64,000 nucleotides of DNA from an uncultured virus (IMG/VR IMGVR_UViG_3300022187_000001) (IMGVR_UViG_3300022187_000001); one strand, 5' to 3'. Shown: positions 8,546 to 17,566, counted from the stretch's first letter. The notes: generated by a model from the letters alone, not told the origin. Made by a program: numbers and translations.

Positions 8546-8940
8546 TAATACGGTCCTAATCCGAGCATTCTTGCAAAACGCTCTATGTTTGTTAGTCTAT
8601 GTGGTCCAGGCGCCCCAGATACTCCAGGTACATATCTTGGCTGACGACTTGTAGCAGAAACAGCAGAGCCCGCTAAACCTGGTATAATAGCTTTAGCAGC
8701 TTTTCCTGTTCTACTTTTTGCTCTGTTGTTTAAATATCCTTGAACGAGATCTGTAAGAGCGTTCATTTTATTGGCGTTCATTTCGCCCTGCATTATGCTT
8801 GGCTCCTTCATGACAGAGGTTATTTCCTGCTTGACCTCTTCTGGAGCCTCCCTAAAAGCCTTTGTAAAAAGTTTATTGAACCTTTTATCTTTCATCTTAC
8901 CCGCATCACGGGCTAAAGGATGCTTTTTGGGCTTCATCAA
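8545..8940 (-). CDS. Hypothetical basic protein
   Basis: 131 aa with overlapping stop/start codons. Confidence 0.65.
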   Translation of the reverse strand: MMKPKKHPLARDAGKMKDKRFNKLFTKAFREAPEEVKQEITSVMKEPSIMQGEMNANKMNALTDLVQGYLNNRAKSRTGKAAKAIIPGLAGSAVSATSRQPRYVPGVSGAPGPHRLTNIERFARMLGLGPY

Positions 8941-9245
8941 CGGTTTCTTTTTTTCAATCCCGTTGATGTATACCCGCTTTTCTTGTAGTCTTCAAGCCTT
9001 CGCATAGACATTCCTGCCTTGCCCGCTTTTTTAACGCCCTTTGACTGCATTCGGTCTGCTTTTTTCTGGTTGCCTTTTTCCATTGCGTCAAGTCCTTTCC
9101 CATACTTTTTAAGGGCCTTTCTAATTTTCCTGTTAACCCTTCCTCCTTGATCGTAAGACTTGTCTTTGCCGCAGTTACACTTGCCTGCGGCCATTTTGCC
9201 GCAAGAACACATCTTACCGCCTTTTTTATAACTTGTTGTTTTCAT
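8937..9245 (-). CDS. Small basic protein with two YxxGG motifs and a CxC...CxC cluster
   Basis: YKKGGK, YDQGGR, CSC-GKMAAGK-CNC. Confidence 0.7.
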   Translation of the reverse strand: MKTTSYKKGGKMCSCGKMAAGKCNCGKDKSYDQGGRVNRKIRKALKKYGKGLDAMEKGNQKKADRMQSKGVKKAGKAGMSMRRLEDYKKSGYTSTGLKKRNR

Positions 9246-9682
9246 GATGCTGCGAATATTGCTATTTTTATTTCAGGATTTCCAAGCGCTGCTGGATCTA
9301 CCTGTATTTTAATGTCTTCTATGTTAGCCAGGGATGGAGATGCAGATCCAGTAGCGTTTGAATCCATCTCGTCAGAAAACAAGATAAATGAGTCTTTCGG
9401 AGGGAGTTTTACAAAGTACTCCTCGTTGTTTCCTAAAACTCTAATAATAGCAAATTCAGAACTGTCTTGATTTGTTATCCTTAGATATTCAAGGGATCCA
9501 CTCTCAAAAGTTGATCCAGATTGAGTTGCTGAAAAAGAGAAGATGCTTACTTCGGTCTGACTGCAGCCAAGAGATCTTTCATAAAAATTCTCTACTGCAT
9601 TAATATCTACAATAGTCTCAGATCCATGATCTGATCCATCAAGAACTACTTCCTCTTTTATTGTTACTGTTAGTGTCGGCAT
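9242..9682 (-). CDS. Beta-rich virion structural protein (possible decoration protein)
   Basis: MPTLTVTIKE...YLRITNQD; loosely similar to 61689..62096. Confidence 0.55.
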   Translation of the reverse strand: MPTLTVTIKEEVVLDGSDHGSETIVDINAVENFYERSLGCSQTEVSIFSFSATQSGSTFESGSLEYLRITNQDSSEFAIIRVLGNNEEYFVKLPPKDSFILFSDEMDSNATGSASPSLANIEDIKIQVDPAALGNPEIKIAIFAAS

Positions 9683-9694
9683 AGTGCAAATATA

Positions 9695-11527
9695 TTAATC
9701 TTTTAGATAAGGATTGTCCCTACCTCCTCTAGGGGCATATCCAGCCCTCCTGGATTGATGCCGATCGTTAACGTATCTCTCTTCACCAGTCTCAAGATAG
9801 TTGTTACCATACTTAACGTTTGGTCTCACATACCCTTCTTGATTAAGATAGTTCATGAGGTTTCTCTTCTCTTCCCTACCCATTGGGTCGTGTCCAGCAA
9901 CGTCTTTATTTATAAGAGCCACCAAGTTTCTGACGTGTCTTGGGTTTGTCTGAAAGGTTTCTCTTGACACGTAGTCCTCCATTCCAAGGTCTTTTCTTAG
10001 CTGATAAGGATTGTCTTCGTAATATTTCTTTCCTTTCTTGCTCATAGATGGCTTTCCAGACTCATCGTACTTCCAAAACTTCTCTTTTTTCGGATGCAAA
10101 TCCCTTGTCATTACAGGGGAGTTCTGAAAGTTTTCATTACGCATTTCTACGTTTTCTCTCTCTGCCACGCCTTGATTATATCTATCGACTATTCCAGGGA
10201 GATCTCCTTGTGTAATTTTCCCTTCTGGGATTACACCAGTCTTAATTCCTTGAAGAAGACCAGTGTTCATCATTGCTTCTAGCTCATGCTCGGCATTTCC
10301 CTTGCTAATCGGATTCGCGGTATTGCCTCCGTAATAAAGAGACTCCGCGAGATCAGAATATCTACTGTCATCTAGGCCAAGATCAGGCGCAAGTACTCCA
10401 GTGTCTGGAAGGAGTTTAAATTGTTCTCCTGTCCTGTAGTCAACCTCGTCTTCTCTAGACGAATCAAGAAGACCCTGTATAGCGGCGTCAAACGGTCTTC
10501 TATTCCCGTACTTTCCTCTCCCTTCTCTGAATGGGTCCTGTATAGAATGAGTAAACTCCTCTCCCGCTACAGACCCCCTGTCTACGCTTGATCTTAAAAC
10601 TTCAGGGCTAAAGTAAACCTCGTCTGTCTTCGTATTAAAATAAGCTCCCTCTCCATCTCTAACGGGGTCTTCTTTTATTACCCTGACTTTATCCATCTGC
10701 TCTTGAAGCTCTGGACGACCACCTCTTCTAGGGTTTCTATCTGGATTGTAAAACACACTATTGGGGTTTTGAGGTCGCTTCAACTTTGAAGTCAGGTTAG
10801 GGCCATACCGATCCATAAAGTTATCAAATACCTCCTCCTTAGTCAGGTCTAGGCGGTCTTCGTAGTTCGGATCTTGCTCAGCCTCTTCTCTGGTCTTGCC
10901 ATACGTACCCAAAAGTTGAAGCAGGTTGTCTGCAACCCCGAAGTTCTCTGGTGGATCTTCTTCATGCTTACCGCCATGCTGATACTTTACCAATCTACCA
11001 CCATTAGCATTCGTAGTCGGTCGGGGGGCGTTTTCCCTTTGCAGGTGCTCTCTAACACCCTCGTTGTACAGCTGCAGATATTCCTCTGGAGTCTTATTAA
11101 CCCCAGGAACCTCAAACCCAGTTTCGTCAAGTATGCTCTGAAAGTAGTTTCTGGTCCCCTGCCTACCCAAGAAGTTAGTCAAGGCAGCTATCTCGTCAGG
11201 CCTGTAAGACAACCTGTCCACTACCTCTGGGTAATCTCTAGCCAAATCTCGTGCGTTATCTGACAAACCAGGCACACCAGGGATCGCACCGTCAACCCGC
11301 ATCATAAAGATCTGGTCCTGAAGAGATACGTCATCGGCAAAATCCTTTCTGCTCACACCTTTCAAGTGAGGCAACTTCTTTATCTCTTTGAATAGCTGAC
11401 CATACCTACCAGTAGCTGAACTGGTTGGGTTGATCATGTACTTACCGTCATTACTCTCTACACGCATAATACCTGCGATCAGAGAGTTTATATCGAATGG
11501 TGGGTCTGGCTGCTTGGTTGTGCGCAT
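9695..11527 (-). CDS. Multidomain protein: lysozyme/transglycosylase-like domain plus zincin-like peptidase domain
   Basis: IMRVES...NPTSSATGRYGQL (SLT-like catalytic Glu); GAYFN...AGEEFTHSIQ...EHELEA (HExxH variant). Confidence 0.7.
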   Translation of the reverse strand: MRTTKQPDPPFDINSLIAGIMRVESNDGKYMINPTSSATGRYGQLFKEIKKLPHLKGVSRKDFADDVSLQDQIFMMRVDGAIPGVPGLSDNARDLARDYPEVVDRLSYRPDEIAALTNFLGRQGTRNYFQSILDETGFEVPGVNKTPEEYLQLYNEGVREHLQRENAPRPTTNANGGRLVKYQHGGKHEEDPPENFGVADNLLQLLGTYGKTREEAEQDPNYEDRLDLTKEEVFDNFMDRYGPNLTSKLKRPQNPNSVFYNPDRNPRRGGRPELQEQMDKVRVIKEDPVRDGEGAYFNTKTDEVYFSPEVLRSSVDRGSVAGEEFTHSIQDPFREGRGKYGNRRPFDAAIQGLLDSSREDEVDYRTGEQFKLLPDTGVLAPDLGLDDSRYSDLAESLYYGGNTANPISKGNAEHELEAMMNTGLLQGIKTGVIPEGKITQGDLPGIVDRYNQGVAERENVEMRNENFQNSPVMTRDLHPKKEKFWKYDESGKPSMSKKGKKYYEDNPYQLRKDLGMEDYVSRETFQTNPRHVRNLVALINKDVAGHDPMGREEKRNLMNYLNQEGYVRPNVKYGNNYLETGEERYVNDRHQSRRAGYAPRGGRDNPYLKD

Positions 11528-11621
11528 AAGCTTCCCTTATTGTGGTTAAATACCGAATCTCTTGTACATATACCCCCCTATCGCGGGAAGGTTACACAAC
11601 CTGTTTGCCTGATTCGGCGAA

Positions 11622-11653
11622 GCAAAGGTAGTGGTTTTTTTTGACATAGTCAA
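11622..11653 (-). promoter_or_regulatory. Bacteroidota sigmaA-type promoter with a palindrome over the -33 element
   Basis: Minus strand TTGACTATGTCAA...TACCTTTGC; TTGAC-N3-GTCAA palindrome at 11641-11653. Confidence 0.65.
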
Positions 11654-11671
11654 GTGCGGTGAGAAAACCCC

Positions 11672-11911
11672 TTACTTCTTGTCTTTACGCTTCATCTTGC
11701 GCAACCTCTTCTTTGAATCCACCTGTTCTCGTCTCTTCTGGACTTCCTGGTGAAGTCTACCAGTCTTGTCTATGACCTTGTCTATAGACTCGTCACTAAG
11801 GGTCTTAGCACGTTTAAAATCTCCCTGCCTGTAAACCTTAACTTTGATCTTATTGCCTCTTTCATCGACACTTTTGGCTCTGCGCCTATTTATCCGCTTT
11901 TTTGGTTTCAT
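11672..11911 (-). CDS. Highly basic hypothetical protein
   Basis: K/R-rich; ATG follows the TATATTTGC promoter at 11926-11934. Confidence 0.6.
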   Translation of the reverse strand: MKPKKRINRRRAKSVDERGNKIKVKVYRQGDFKRAKTLSDESIDKVIDKTGRLHQEVQKRREQVDSKKRLRKMKRKDKK

Positions 11912-12294
11912 TATGTTTCTTTTTTGCAAATATATGTGAGAAATATATAGGGTGGGGATTATATATGTTATGCGCCGCCGCGCCCGCGTACCCGAAACGC
12001 ATCCGCAAACCCCGCCCCCCTAACGCATGCGCCGTTTGCCGAAAACATTTGAGCATCTATCTCCCTGAGTTACAGCAGGTTAGCTCCGATTTAGTCGCTG
12101 TGTTTCGCACCGATGGATTGACGTAACACCTTGGGAATCAGGGACAAACACCCTACCCTCCTTGCGTCCGCATGCATATGACCCCTGCATGGTGGGTGCA
12201 CTACACACGTAATGAGGCGCATGGCTTGCGCATCACACGAGGCAGTTTTGTGTTTGTATTTCGCCATTAATTGCAACACAAACGTCAATCTATT

Positions 12295-12322
12295 TTAATA
12301 CTAAAAGGTATTTTAGTATTAA
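12295..12322. repeat. Perfect 12-bp AT-rich inverted repeat
   Basis: TTAATACTAAAA-GGTA-TTTTAGTATTAA. Confidence 0.9.
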
Positions 12323-12481
12323 TTAAACTACGTAATTATCAACACAATCTGCGTCGCCTCGTGCGTATGCGCTGCCCTGTGTGCGTGGACGCCATGATGC
12401 GCACATGACGCCAATCTTCGGCGCAGGACTACCGTGTGCATTATGCACGGGGTAGACGCAGGAAGATTCTGACCAAGAAAA

Positions 12482-12514
12482 TTTGGTAATCTCGAATCGA
12501 TGAACGTATCTTTG
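12482..12514 (+). promoter_or_regulatory. Early promoter 1
   Basis: TTTG-N21-TATCTTTG (Bacteroidota -33/-7 consensus). Confidence 0.8.
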
Positions 12515-12558
12515 TGGTCGCTTAGCAACTCAGCTCAGTGACAAACACACAACGCCAC

Positions 12559-13065
12559 ATGGCACACAAGAACACCCCCGCCTCCCCTGAGGCCATCACC
12601 GCTCTGCTCAAGGACACCAAGTCCGCCGTCAACCGCGCCAAGTACACACCCACGAAGAGCCGTAAGGCTGAGGCTGTGGCTTTGCTCAACTCCGTCATCT
12701 CCGCCATCGAGGCGCTCACCGAGGTGCCTGAGCCTGCACCCAAGAAGCCGAAGGCGGCGGGCACGAAGGGTGGCAACACCAAGACAGGTCAGAAGCTCCA
12801 ACGCAAGGCACGGCCCGCACGGAGCAAAGCTCAGCAGGAGTTGGACAAGGCTGATGCCGCCTCATACAAGCGTGATGACGAGCACATGGAAAAGCTCGTC
12901 AACGCCGCTGTCATTGACGCTCTCAAGCGGTTGAACACCACAGCACCTGTGTCCAAGCCTACCAAGCGTAAGGCGCAGGTTCTCAGCCATGCTGAGATTG
13001 AAGCCTTGAAGGCAGAGGCCTTGGAGTCCACTGACATGCACATCTCATACGAGGATTGCCTCTAA
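12559..13065 (+). CDS. First early gene; A/K-rich hypothetical protein
   Basis: ATG after the promoter; strong bias to C/G-ending codons. Confidence 0.8.
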   Translation: MAHKNTPASPEAITALLKDTKSAVNRAKYTPTKSRKAEAVALLNSVISAIEALTEVPEPAPKKPKAAGTKGGNTKTGQKLQRKARPARSKAQQELDKADAASYKRDDEHMEKLVNAAVIDALKRLNTTAPVSKPTKRKAQVLSHAEIEALKAEALESTDMHISYEDCL

Positions 13066-13078
13066 GCAATCCCGTGTA

Positions 13079-13121
13079 GACACACATGGTGCTTGGGGGG
13101 GTTCGATTCCCCCCTGTGTCT
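13079..13121 (+). ncRNA. Minimal tRNA-like element (acceptor-like stem plus T-arm)
   Basis: AGACACA-catggtgcttg-GGGGGG-TTCGATT-CCCCCC-TGTGTCT. Confidence 0.5.
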
Positions 13122-13160
13122 CTGTTTTTCAATCGTTTAAATTTCAATTCATACGCAACT

Positions 13161-13403
13161 ATGCGCAACACACGACCATCCTTGGCGGAAATCCGCCGCA
13201 TCAACGAGCGGCGCGACCGCCTGTCCACCTACCAAGAAAACATTGCCATTGCGTCCATGTTCGCCATGGTCATTGGCTTCACGCTCCTCATGATGGGGGC
13301 CATGGTCCAAGCGGACCTTCTCACATGGTGTGGGGCTGGGTGCATGATCGCCTCACCCGCTCTTGCCTTGGTCTCCCTCATCATCGACACCTTCAACAAC
13401 TGA
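13161..13403 (+). CDS. Small membrane protein with two TM segments
   Basis: Two hydrophobic segments; start moved to MRNTRP. Confidence 0.75.
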   Translation: MRNTRPSLAEIRRINERRDRLSTYQENIAIASMFAMVIGFTLLMMGAMVQADLLTWCGAGCMIASPALALVSLIIDTFNN

Positions 13404-13409
13404 AAACCC

Positions 13410-13679
13410 ATGGAACGCACATATGACCTGCGCAACCGCTGGAGCGCAACCATCACGGCATTTTGCCAATACACCAACGCTGAATTGGAGCGGTTCCGCT
13501 TCACGGCTGACGTACTCACGAGCTTCGTCAATTTCGTTAAAGCCAACGACTTCGTATTCACGGACGAAGAGCTTCGCCTGTGGTGCGCCGACCACGACTA
13601 CAACTGCGCACCGCTCATCCGTCAGTGGATGCGCCGTGTACCTGAGTTCCGCGTTGTCACACCTAACGTAATTGCCTGA
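13410..13679 (+). CDS. Early hypothetical protein
   Basis: 89 aa, early-type codon bias. Confidence 0.7.
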   Translation: MERTYDLRNRWSATITAFCQYTNAELERFRFTADVLTSFVNFVKANDFVFTDEELRLWCADHDYNCAPLIRQWMRRVPEFRVVTPNVIA

Positions 13680-13681
13680 AA

Positions 13682-13897
13682 ATGAGACACAGAGAAAATC
13701 CAACACCTCGCCGCATGAGTGTGAGACCTGAAGCAAAACCAACACATCGCGTCATCGGCGTAGCCCCTGGGCATAGCGGGTGGCGTGGACGCACGGTCGA
13801 ATTGGGCCTGTGCTACAACGAGCGACACGCAGCAAGGTGCGCGTCCTTCTGGTATTGGCACTACGATGACATCAAGGTCATCAAGCTAACAGACTGA
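13682..13897 (+). CDS. Early hypothetical protein
   Basis: 71 aa, directly follows the previous stop. Confidence 0.6.
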   Translation: MRHRENPTPRRMSVRPEAKPTHRVIGVAPGHSGWRGRTVELGLCYNERHAARCASFWYWHYDDIKVIKLTD

Positions 13898-13920
13898 GAG
13901 ACAGCAAGTTAGAAAAAAGA

Positions 13921-13953
13921 TTTGGAAATATGGGAATCGTCGTCGTATCTTTG
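13921..13953 (+). promoter_or_regulatory. Early promoter 2
   Basis: TTTG-N21-TATCTTTG, leader ending TCAACGCTATG. Confidence 0.8.
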
Positions 13954-13986
13954 CGGTCGGCAATTCAGCCAACAACCTTCAACGCT

Positions 13987-14190
13987 ATGACCCACACGAA
14001 GCACGACTTCACGGAGCACACCAACGCTGACCTTGAGCGAATCTTGGACTTCTCCACCGCTATGCTTGAGACCCACAAGGAGGCCATCAAGCACGAGCCT
14101 GACCCCGAACAACGCACCGCATTCGCTGAGCACATCGCCTCCCTCGAAGACGGCATTGCTCAAGTCAAAGCAGAACTGCAAACCCGCTAA
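13987..14190 (+). CDS. Small helical early protein
   Basis: Starts MTHTKH after the shared leader. Confidence 0.75.
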   Translation: MTHTKHDFTEHTNADLERILDFSTAMLETHKEAIKHEPDPEQRTAFAEHIASLEDGIAQVKAELQTR

Positions 14191-14201
14191 TCCCCACACC
14201 C

Positions 14202-14717
14202 ATGAACACAATCGAATACCCACACTTCATGCTTGCCGCTGAATCCTTCGGCAGGACCCTTGCCGATGGCGGCGACAGCATCCTCACACAACCAGGCGCG
14301 AAAGGAATCACCTACAAATCAGGTACGTTGAACTACAACCAACTGCCAACTGACCCATTCCGCCCCGTATGGGGGTATGCGGTTGGTGGTTTGGCTCCTG
14401 AGGTTCGTATATCCATGGTCCATCCCGCAGGTGTGGTTGGTCCCCTTGAGTACGCCAAGCACCCACAGGTCTTGTTCAAGGAATTCCGCAAGGCTTTCGA
14501 GCAGACGTGGAACAGTGCCTTCCGTGTCTCCACCTTCATGAAGACGTGCGTAGGCACATGGGTTGATGGGGAGGACATCGTGTTCGACGTCTCCCAAATC
14601 ATGCAAGACGAATCCACTGCCATGCGCATTGCACAGGATCGCAATGAGAAAGCCATCTACGACATCACGAACGGCAAAGAAATCGCCAACCCACAATACA
14701 AGACTGTTACCCTTTAG
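14202..14717 (+). CDS. Early protein with a GTW-D...FDVS...A..A...KAIYD motif
   Basis: 171 aa; conserved-looking C-terminal alpha/beta motif. Confidence 0.75.
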   Translation: MNTIEYPHFMLAAESFGRTLADGGDSILTQPGAKGITYKSGTLNYNQLPTDPFRPVWGYAVGGLAPEVRISMVHPAGVVGPLEYAKHPQVLFKEFRKAFEQTWNSAFRVSTFMKTCVGTWVDGEDIVFDVSQIMQDESTAMRIAQDRNEKAIYDITNGKEIANPQYKTVTL

Positions 14718-14763
14718 GGTAGAAAGAAAAATTTGCAGAATCCAAACCAACGGCGTATCTTTG
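14708..14763 (+). promoter_or_regulatory. Early promoter 3 with upstream palindrome
   Basis: TACCCT-TT-AGGGTA, N10, TTTG-N20-TATCTTTG. Confidence 0.8.
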
Positions 14764-14787
14764 CCGACGAATTCAAACTTCAACGCT

Positions 14788-14994
14788 ATGAATACAAACA
14801 CACGACACGAGCAGGCTCTCAATAACTGCCGCAAGAAGTTCCAAGGTCTCGACGAGATTGACCGCATGAACGAGGCAAACAAGTTCATCCACACCATGAG
14901 CAAGCGTGGTATCCCCGTGAACCACTGCATCGGATTCCTCAAGGAGGCAGGGGTCATGAGCGACACCGAACTCATCCACTCACTCACATACTAA
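14788..14994 (+). CDS. Early hypothetical protein
   Basis: Starts MNTNTR after the TCAACGCT leader. Confidence 0.7.
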   Translation: MNTNTRHEQALNNCRKKFQGLDEIDRMNEANKFIHTMSKRGIPVNHCIGFLKEAGVMSDTELIHSLTY

Positions 14995-15005
14995 TACACA
15001 CAGCC

Positions 15006-15278
15006 ATGAACAGAAAGCTAACCGCATACCTCGATGCCGTCGAGGGCTACACCAACTCCATCACCCGTGCCATCCTTAACAACGAGGTAAACTACGTCAT
15101 CGCCATGGAGGACGACGAAGGACCCTTCAATCGATTCATCCCGCTCCCCTCCCCACAGACGGCAGGGACGGAGACACAGAAACAAGCCTATGCCCGCATG
15201 AAAGCACAAGAGATTGTGGAGGACATGAAGATATGGAACCCACACCTCGACTACGACACCATCCTCCAAAACCTCTGA
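15006..15278 (+). CDS. Early hypothetical protein
   Basis: AC-rich leader, early codon bias. Confidence 0.7.
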   Translation: MNRKLTAYLDAVEGYTNSITRAILNNEVNYVIAMEDDEGPFNRFIPLPSPQTAGTETQKQAYARMKAQEIVEDMKIWNPHLDYDTILQNL

Positions 15279-15289
15279 CACACACACTC

Positions 15290-15451
15290 ATGACGAAGAA
15301 CGATTTCCTCGGTATCTGTTGGGAATGCGAAGTTGACCCCAACCTCGTGGTCGAGGTCCCCGCAGTGGTGGACCTGCTCAAGGCAGACAAGGGCAACCCA
15401 CGCATTGAGAACCAACTCCTCTTGCACAACATCATCAACGCAAACCTCTAA
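15290..15451 (+). CDS. Early hypothetical protein
   Basis: Starts MTKNDF after ACACACACTC. Confidence 0.65.
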   Translation: MTKNDFLGICWECEVDPNLVVEVPAVVDLLKADKGNPRIENQLLLHNIINANL

Positions 15452-15456
15452 CACAC

Positions 15457-15729
15457 ATGAACAGCTACGAAGACTTCAAGCGTGACCTCGCGGTCCGCCT
15501 CCTCCGCAAGATTGACGGACAGACAGACCTCATCACCCGCATCGGCCTCGTCATGGAAGCTCTCGACGAGGCACTCCCAAAGGACGACAGCGTCAATCGT
15601 GGACACACAGACCTCATCGATCTGGCGTGTGTGTACAAGGTCGACGAATGCCCCAACTGCGGCAAGAAAGACGTCGAGTACAGCGATGTCTACGAATTCT
15701 GCAACGAGTGCGGATACACCTTCAACTGA
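15457..15729 (+). CDS. Early protein with a C-terminal zinc ribbon
   Basis: CPNCG...FCNECGY. Confidence 0.75.
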   Translation: MNSYEDFKRDLAVRLLRKIDGQTDLITRIGLVMEALDEALPKDDSVNRGHTDLIDLACVYKVDECPNCGKKDVEYSDVYEFCNECGYTFN

Positions 15730-15736
15730 CACAGAC

Positions 15737-15886
15737 ATGAACGACACATACAAGTTGGTCCTGTGGCCTGAGTCACAGACATACATGGATGAGCCGTGGT
15801 TCGACGACCACGCCATCCTTGCTGACGCTGAATCCATCGGAGAAGGTCAAGCCTACTTCATCCCAATCGAATACACACAGACATGA
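15737..15886 (+). CDS. Small early protein (LVLWPESQ...WF motif)
   Basis: Starts MNDTYK after ACACAGAC. Confidence 0.7.
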   Translation: MNDTYKLVLWPESQTYMDEPWFDDHAILADAESIGEGQAYFIPIEYTQT

Positions 15887-16218
15887 CGAAAGCAGAACTC
15901 ATCAAGGCTCTCGACAGCCTCCCCAATGACGCCCACATCAGCGTGTGGCGCGACCACCGCATCTACAACAACCTTGAAGTGGATGTCTTCACGGACGGCG
16001 AAGACGACACCATCGTCGAACTCGCACACATCAACATCTACGACCACCACAAGGAGCCGCAGATGACGCATGACGAAATCCAAAAGGTGCAACAGGCACT
16101 CATGTTGGCGGATATGTTCTTCATCGCCACCCCCATCGCCACCATCGAGAAGATGGGTAACCCGCTCGGCAAGGTGCTGCGGGATGCAATAAACATCACA
16201 CTCGAATACACAGACTGA
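15883..16218 (+). CDS. Early hypothetical protein
   Basis: MTKAELIKALDSLP N-terminus; ATGA overlap. Confidence 0.7.
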   Translation: MTKAELIKALDSLPNDAHISVWRDHRIYNNLEVDVFTDGEDDTIVELAHINIYDHHKEPQMTHDEIQKVQQALMLADMFFIATPIATIEKMGNPLGKVLRDAINITLEYTD

Positions 16219-16225
16219 CGAAACT

Positions 16226-16283
16226 TACCCCTAAAGGGGTAGCAAAATAAATTTGCAGAATCCAAACCATCATCGTAAATTTG
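16226..16283 (+). promoter_or_regulatory. Early promoter 4 with upstream palindrome
   Basis: TACCCCT-AA-AGGGGTA, N10, TTTG-N20-TAAATTTG. Confidence 0.8.
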
Positions 16284-16305
16284 CACTCCAATTCAACTCA
16301 ACGCT

Positions 16306-16716
16306 ATGAACACAGACACCATCGTGGTAGACGGCATCCCTTTCGAGGTGGAGGTCGAACGAGGCTACGGCTTCACCACCATCCGAGTCCCTGACACCAA
16401 CATGACCACGGGATGCATGGAAGACGACACACAAGCATTCCGTAAGATTCACGAACTGCTGACCGAGTCGGTTGCAAAAGTACCTGTACTACGTGAAGAG
16501 GCTCACACAATCCAAGACATGAGCGAACTACAAGCCGCTCATGCCATCATTGAGGACATCAACATCATCATCAACGAGATGCTCCCCGAAATCAAATCTG
16601 CCATCTTGTATGACGAGGTATCCTTCGGTACTCTCTTCGACAACATCGAGGAGGCGGCGCACCGAATCATAGACTTGAACCACGACGAAGATCGTCGTCT
16701 CAACCCCAACAAATGA
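16306..16716 (+). CDS. Acidic early hypothetical protein
   Basis: 136 aa after the shared leader. Confidence 0.75.
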   Translation: MNTDTIVVDGIPFEVEVERGYGFTTIRVPDTNMTTGCMEDDTQAFRKIHELLTESVAKVPVLREEAHTIQDMSELQAAHAIIEDINIIINEMLPEIKSAILYDEVSFGTLFDNIEEAAHRIIDLNHDEDRRLNPNK

Positions 16717-16856
16717 AGAGAGATAAACTCCTTCGGGAGCTGAGGGCTATCGGTTCTGACCTCGCCGACAAATCCCGTAAGCCGTCAGAGTTTCCTGACG
16801 CCAAGTATGAATACGAAGCCATACGCTACGTCATCAAGAACATCGACAAACTCTAA
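16713..16856 (+). CDS. Small early protein, 47 aa
   Basis: Hand translation MKRDKLLRELRAIGSDL...IKNIDKL; ATGA overlap. Confidence 0.65.
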   Translation: MKRDKLLRELRAIGSDLADKSRKPSEFPDAKYEYEAIRYVIKNIDKL

Positions 16857-16867
16857 CACCCATACCC

Positions 16868-17566
16868 ATGAACACTAAACTTCGCCTCGCCCCCCACTAC
16901 TTCGTCATCGACTCCATCGGAGGTATGAACGAGGGCTACTCAGACACCACCTGCCGCCGCATCGAGGATGTGATTGCATCCGAACACGCCAAGGCCATGG
17001 TCGAGGAGTACATCGACCAGTGGACACACGAACGCTTGGAGTATTACGCTGAGCGAATCGAAAACTACTCCCTGCGTACAGAGGTTGACCTCGTTCGCTA
17101 CGACATCGAGGAGTGTCCGCATGGTGGGTGGGTCAAGCTTACCCCTGAGTTCAGCGACAGCCTCGACCCCGAAGACATCGACGATTGGGGCTTCCACACC
17201 CTCTTCATCCAAGTGTATGACGGCATCATGCTCGGTGACGGCGTGGTTGTGTACGACCAAATGGATGATATGGTGACCACCATCACACACAAGCACACCG
17301 CCATGCGTATCGCAGAGGAGACCATCTCCATCGGTGTGGAGCGCATGAAGTACGGTATGCACCATGACCAGCAACGAGGGTACGACCTCAAGTACATCAT
17401 GAACAACCTCTTCTTCGCTTACGACACACTGGCTGAGGTGGTGCGTGACCTTGAGTACCCACAGGATGTAATGGTCGACATCGACGACACCTGCACCCAC
17501 TACTTCCCCATCCAAGCCATGAAGCAGATGGAATACTACAAAGACAGCCGAATCACGACACGCTAA
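16868..17566 (+). CDS. Acidic early hypothetical protein
   Basis: 232 aa, D/E-rich, early codon bias. Confidence 0.8.
   Translation: MNTKLRLAPHYFVIDSIGGMNEGYSDTTCRRIEDVIASEHAKAMVEEYIDQWTHERLEYYAERIENYSLRTEVDLVRYDIEECPHGGWVKLTPEFSDSLDPEDIDDWGFHTLFIQVYDGIMLGDGVVVYDQMDDMVTTITHKHTAMRIAEETISIGVERMKYGMHHDQQRGYDLKYIMNNLFFAYDTLAEVVRDLEYPQDVMVDIDDTCTHYFPIQAMKQMEYYKDSRITTR

Noticed and set aside
11553..11617. c-di-GMP-I riboswitch (GGCAAAC present on the minus strand)
   Set aside because: Lacks the GNRA loop and the following GCAAAG and receptor elements
12091..12528. Short minus-strand ORFs in the divergence region
   Set aside because: Low-complexity H/A/C/R-rich translations of the repeat words, non-ATG starts and no coding bias
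13053..13072. Amber suppressor anticodon arm (CTCTAA loop) or stop-codon recoding
   Set aside because: The loop is 6 nt and not within a full cloverleaf; large genes are intact under the standard code
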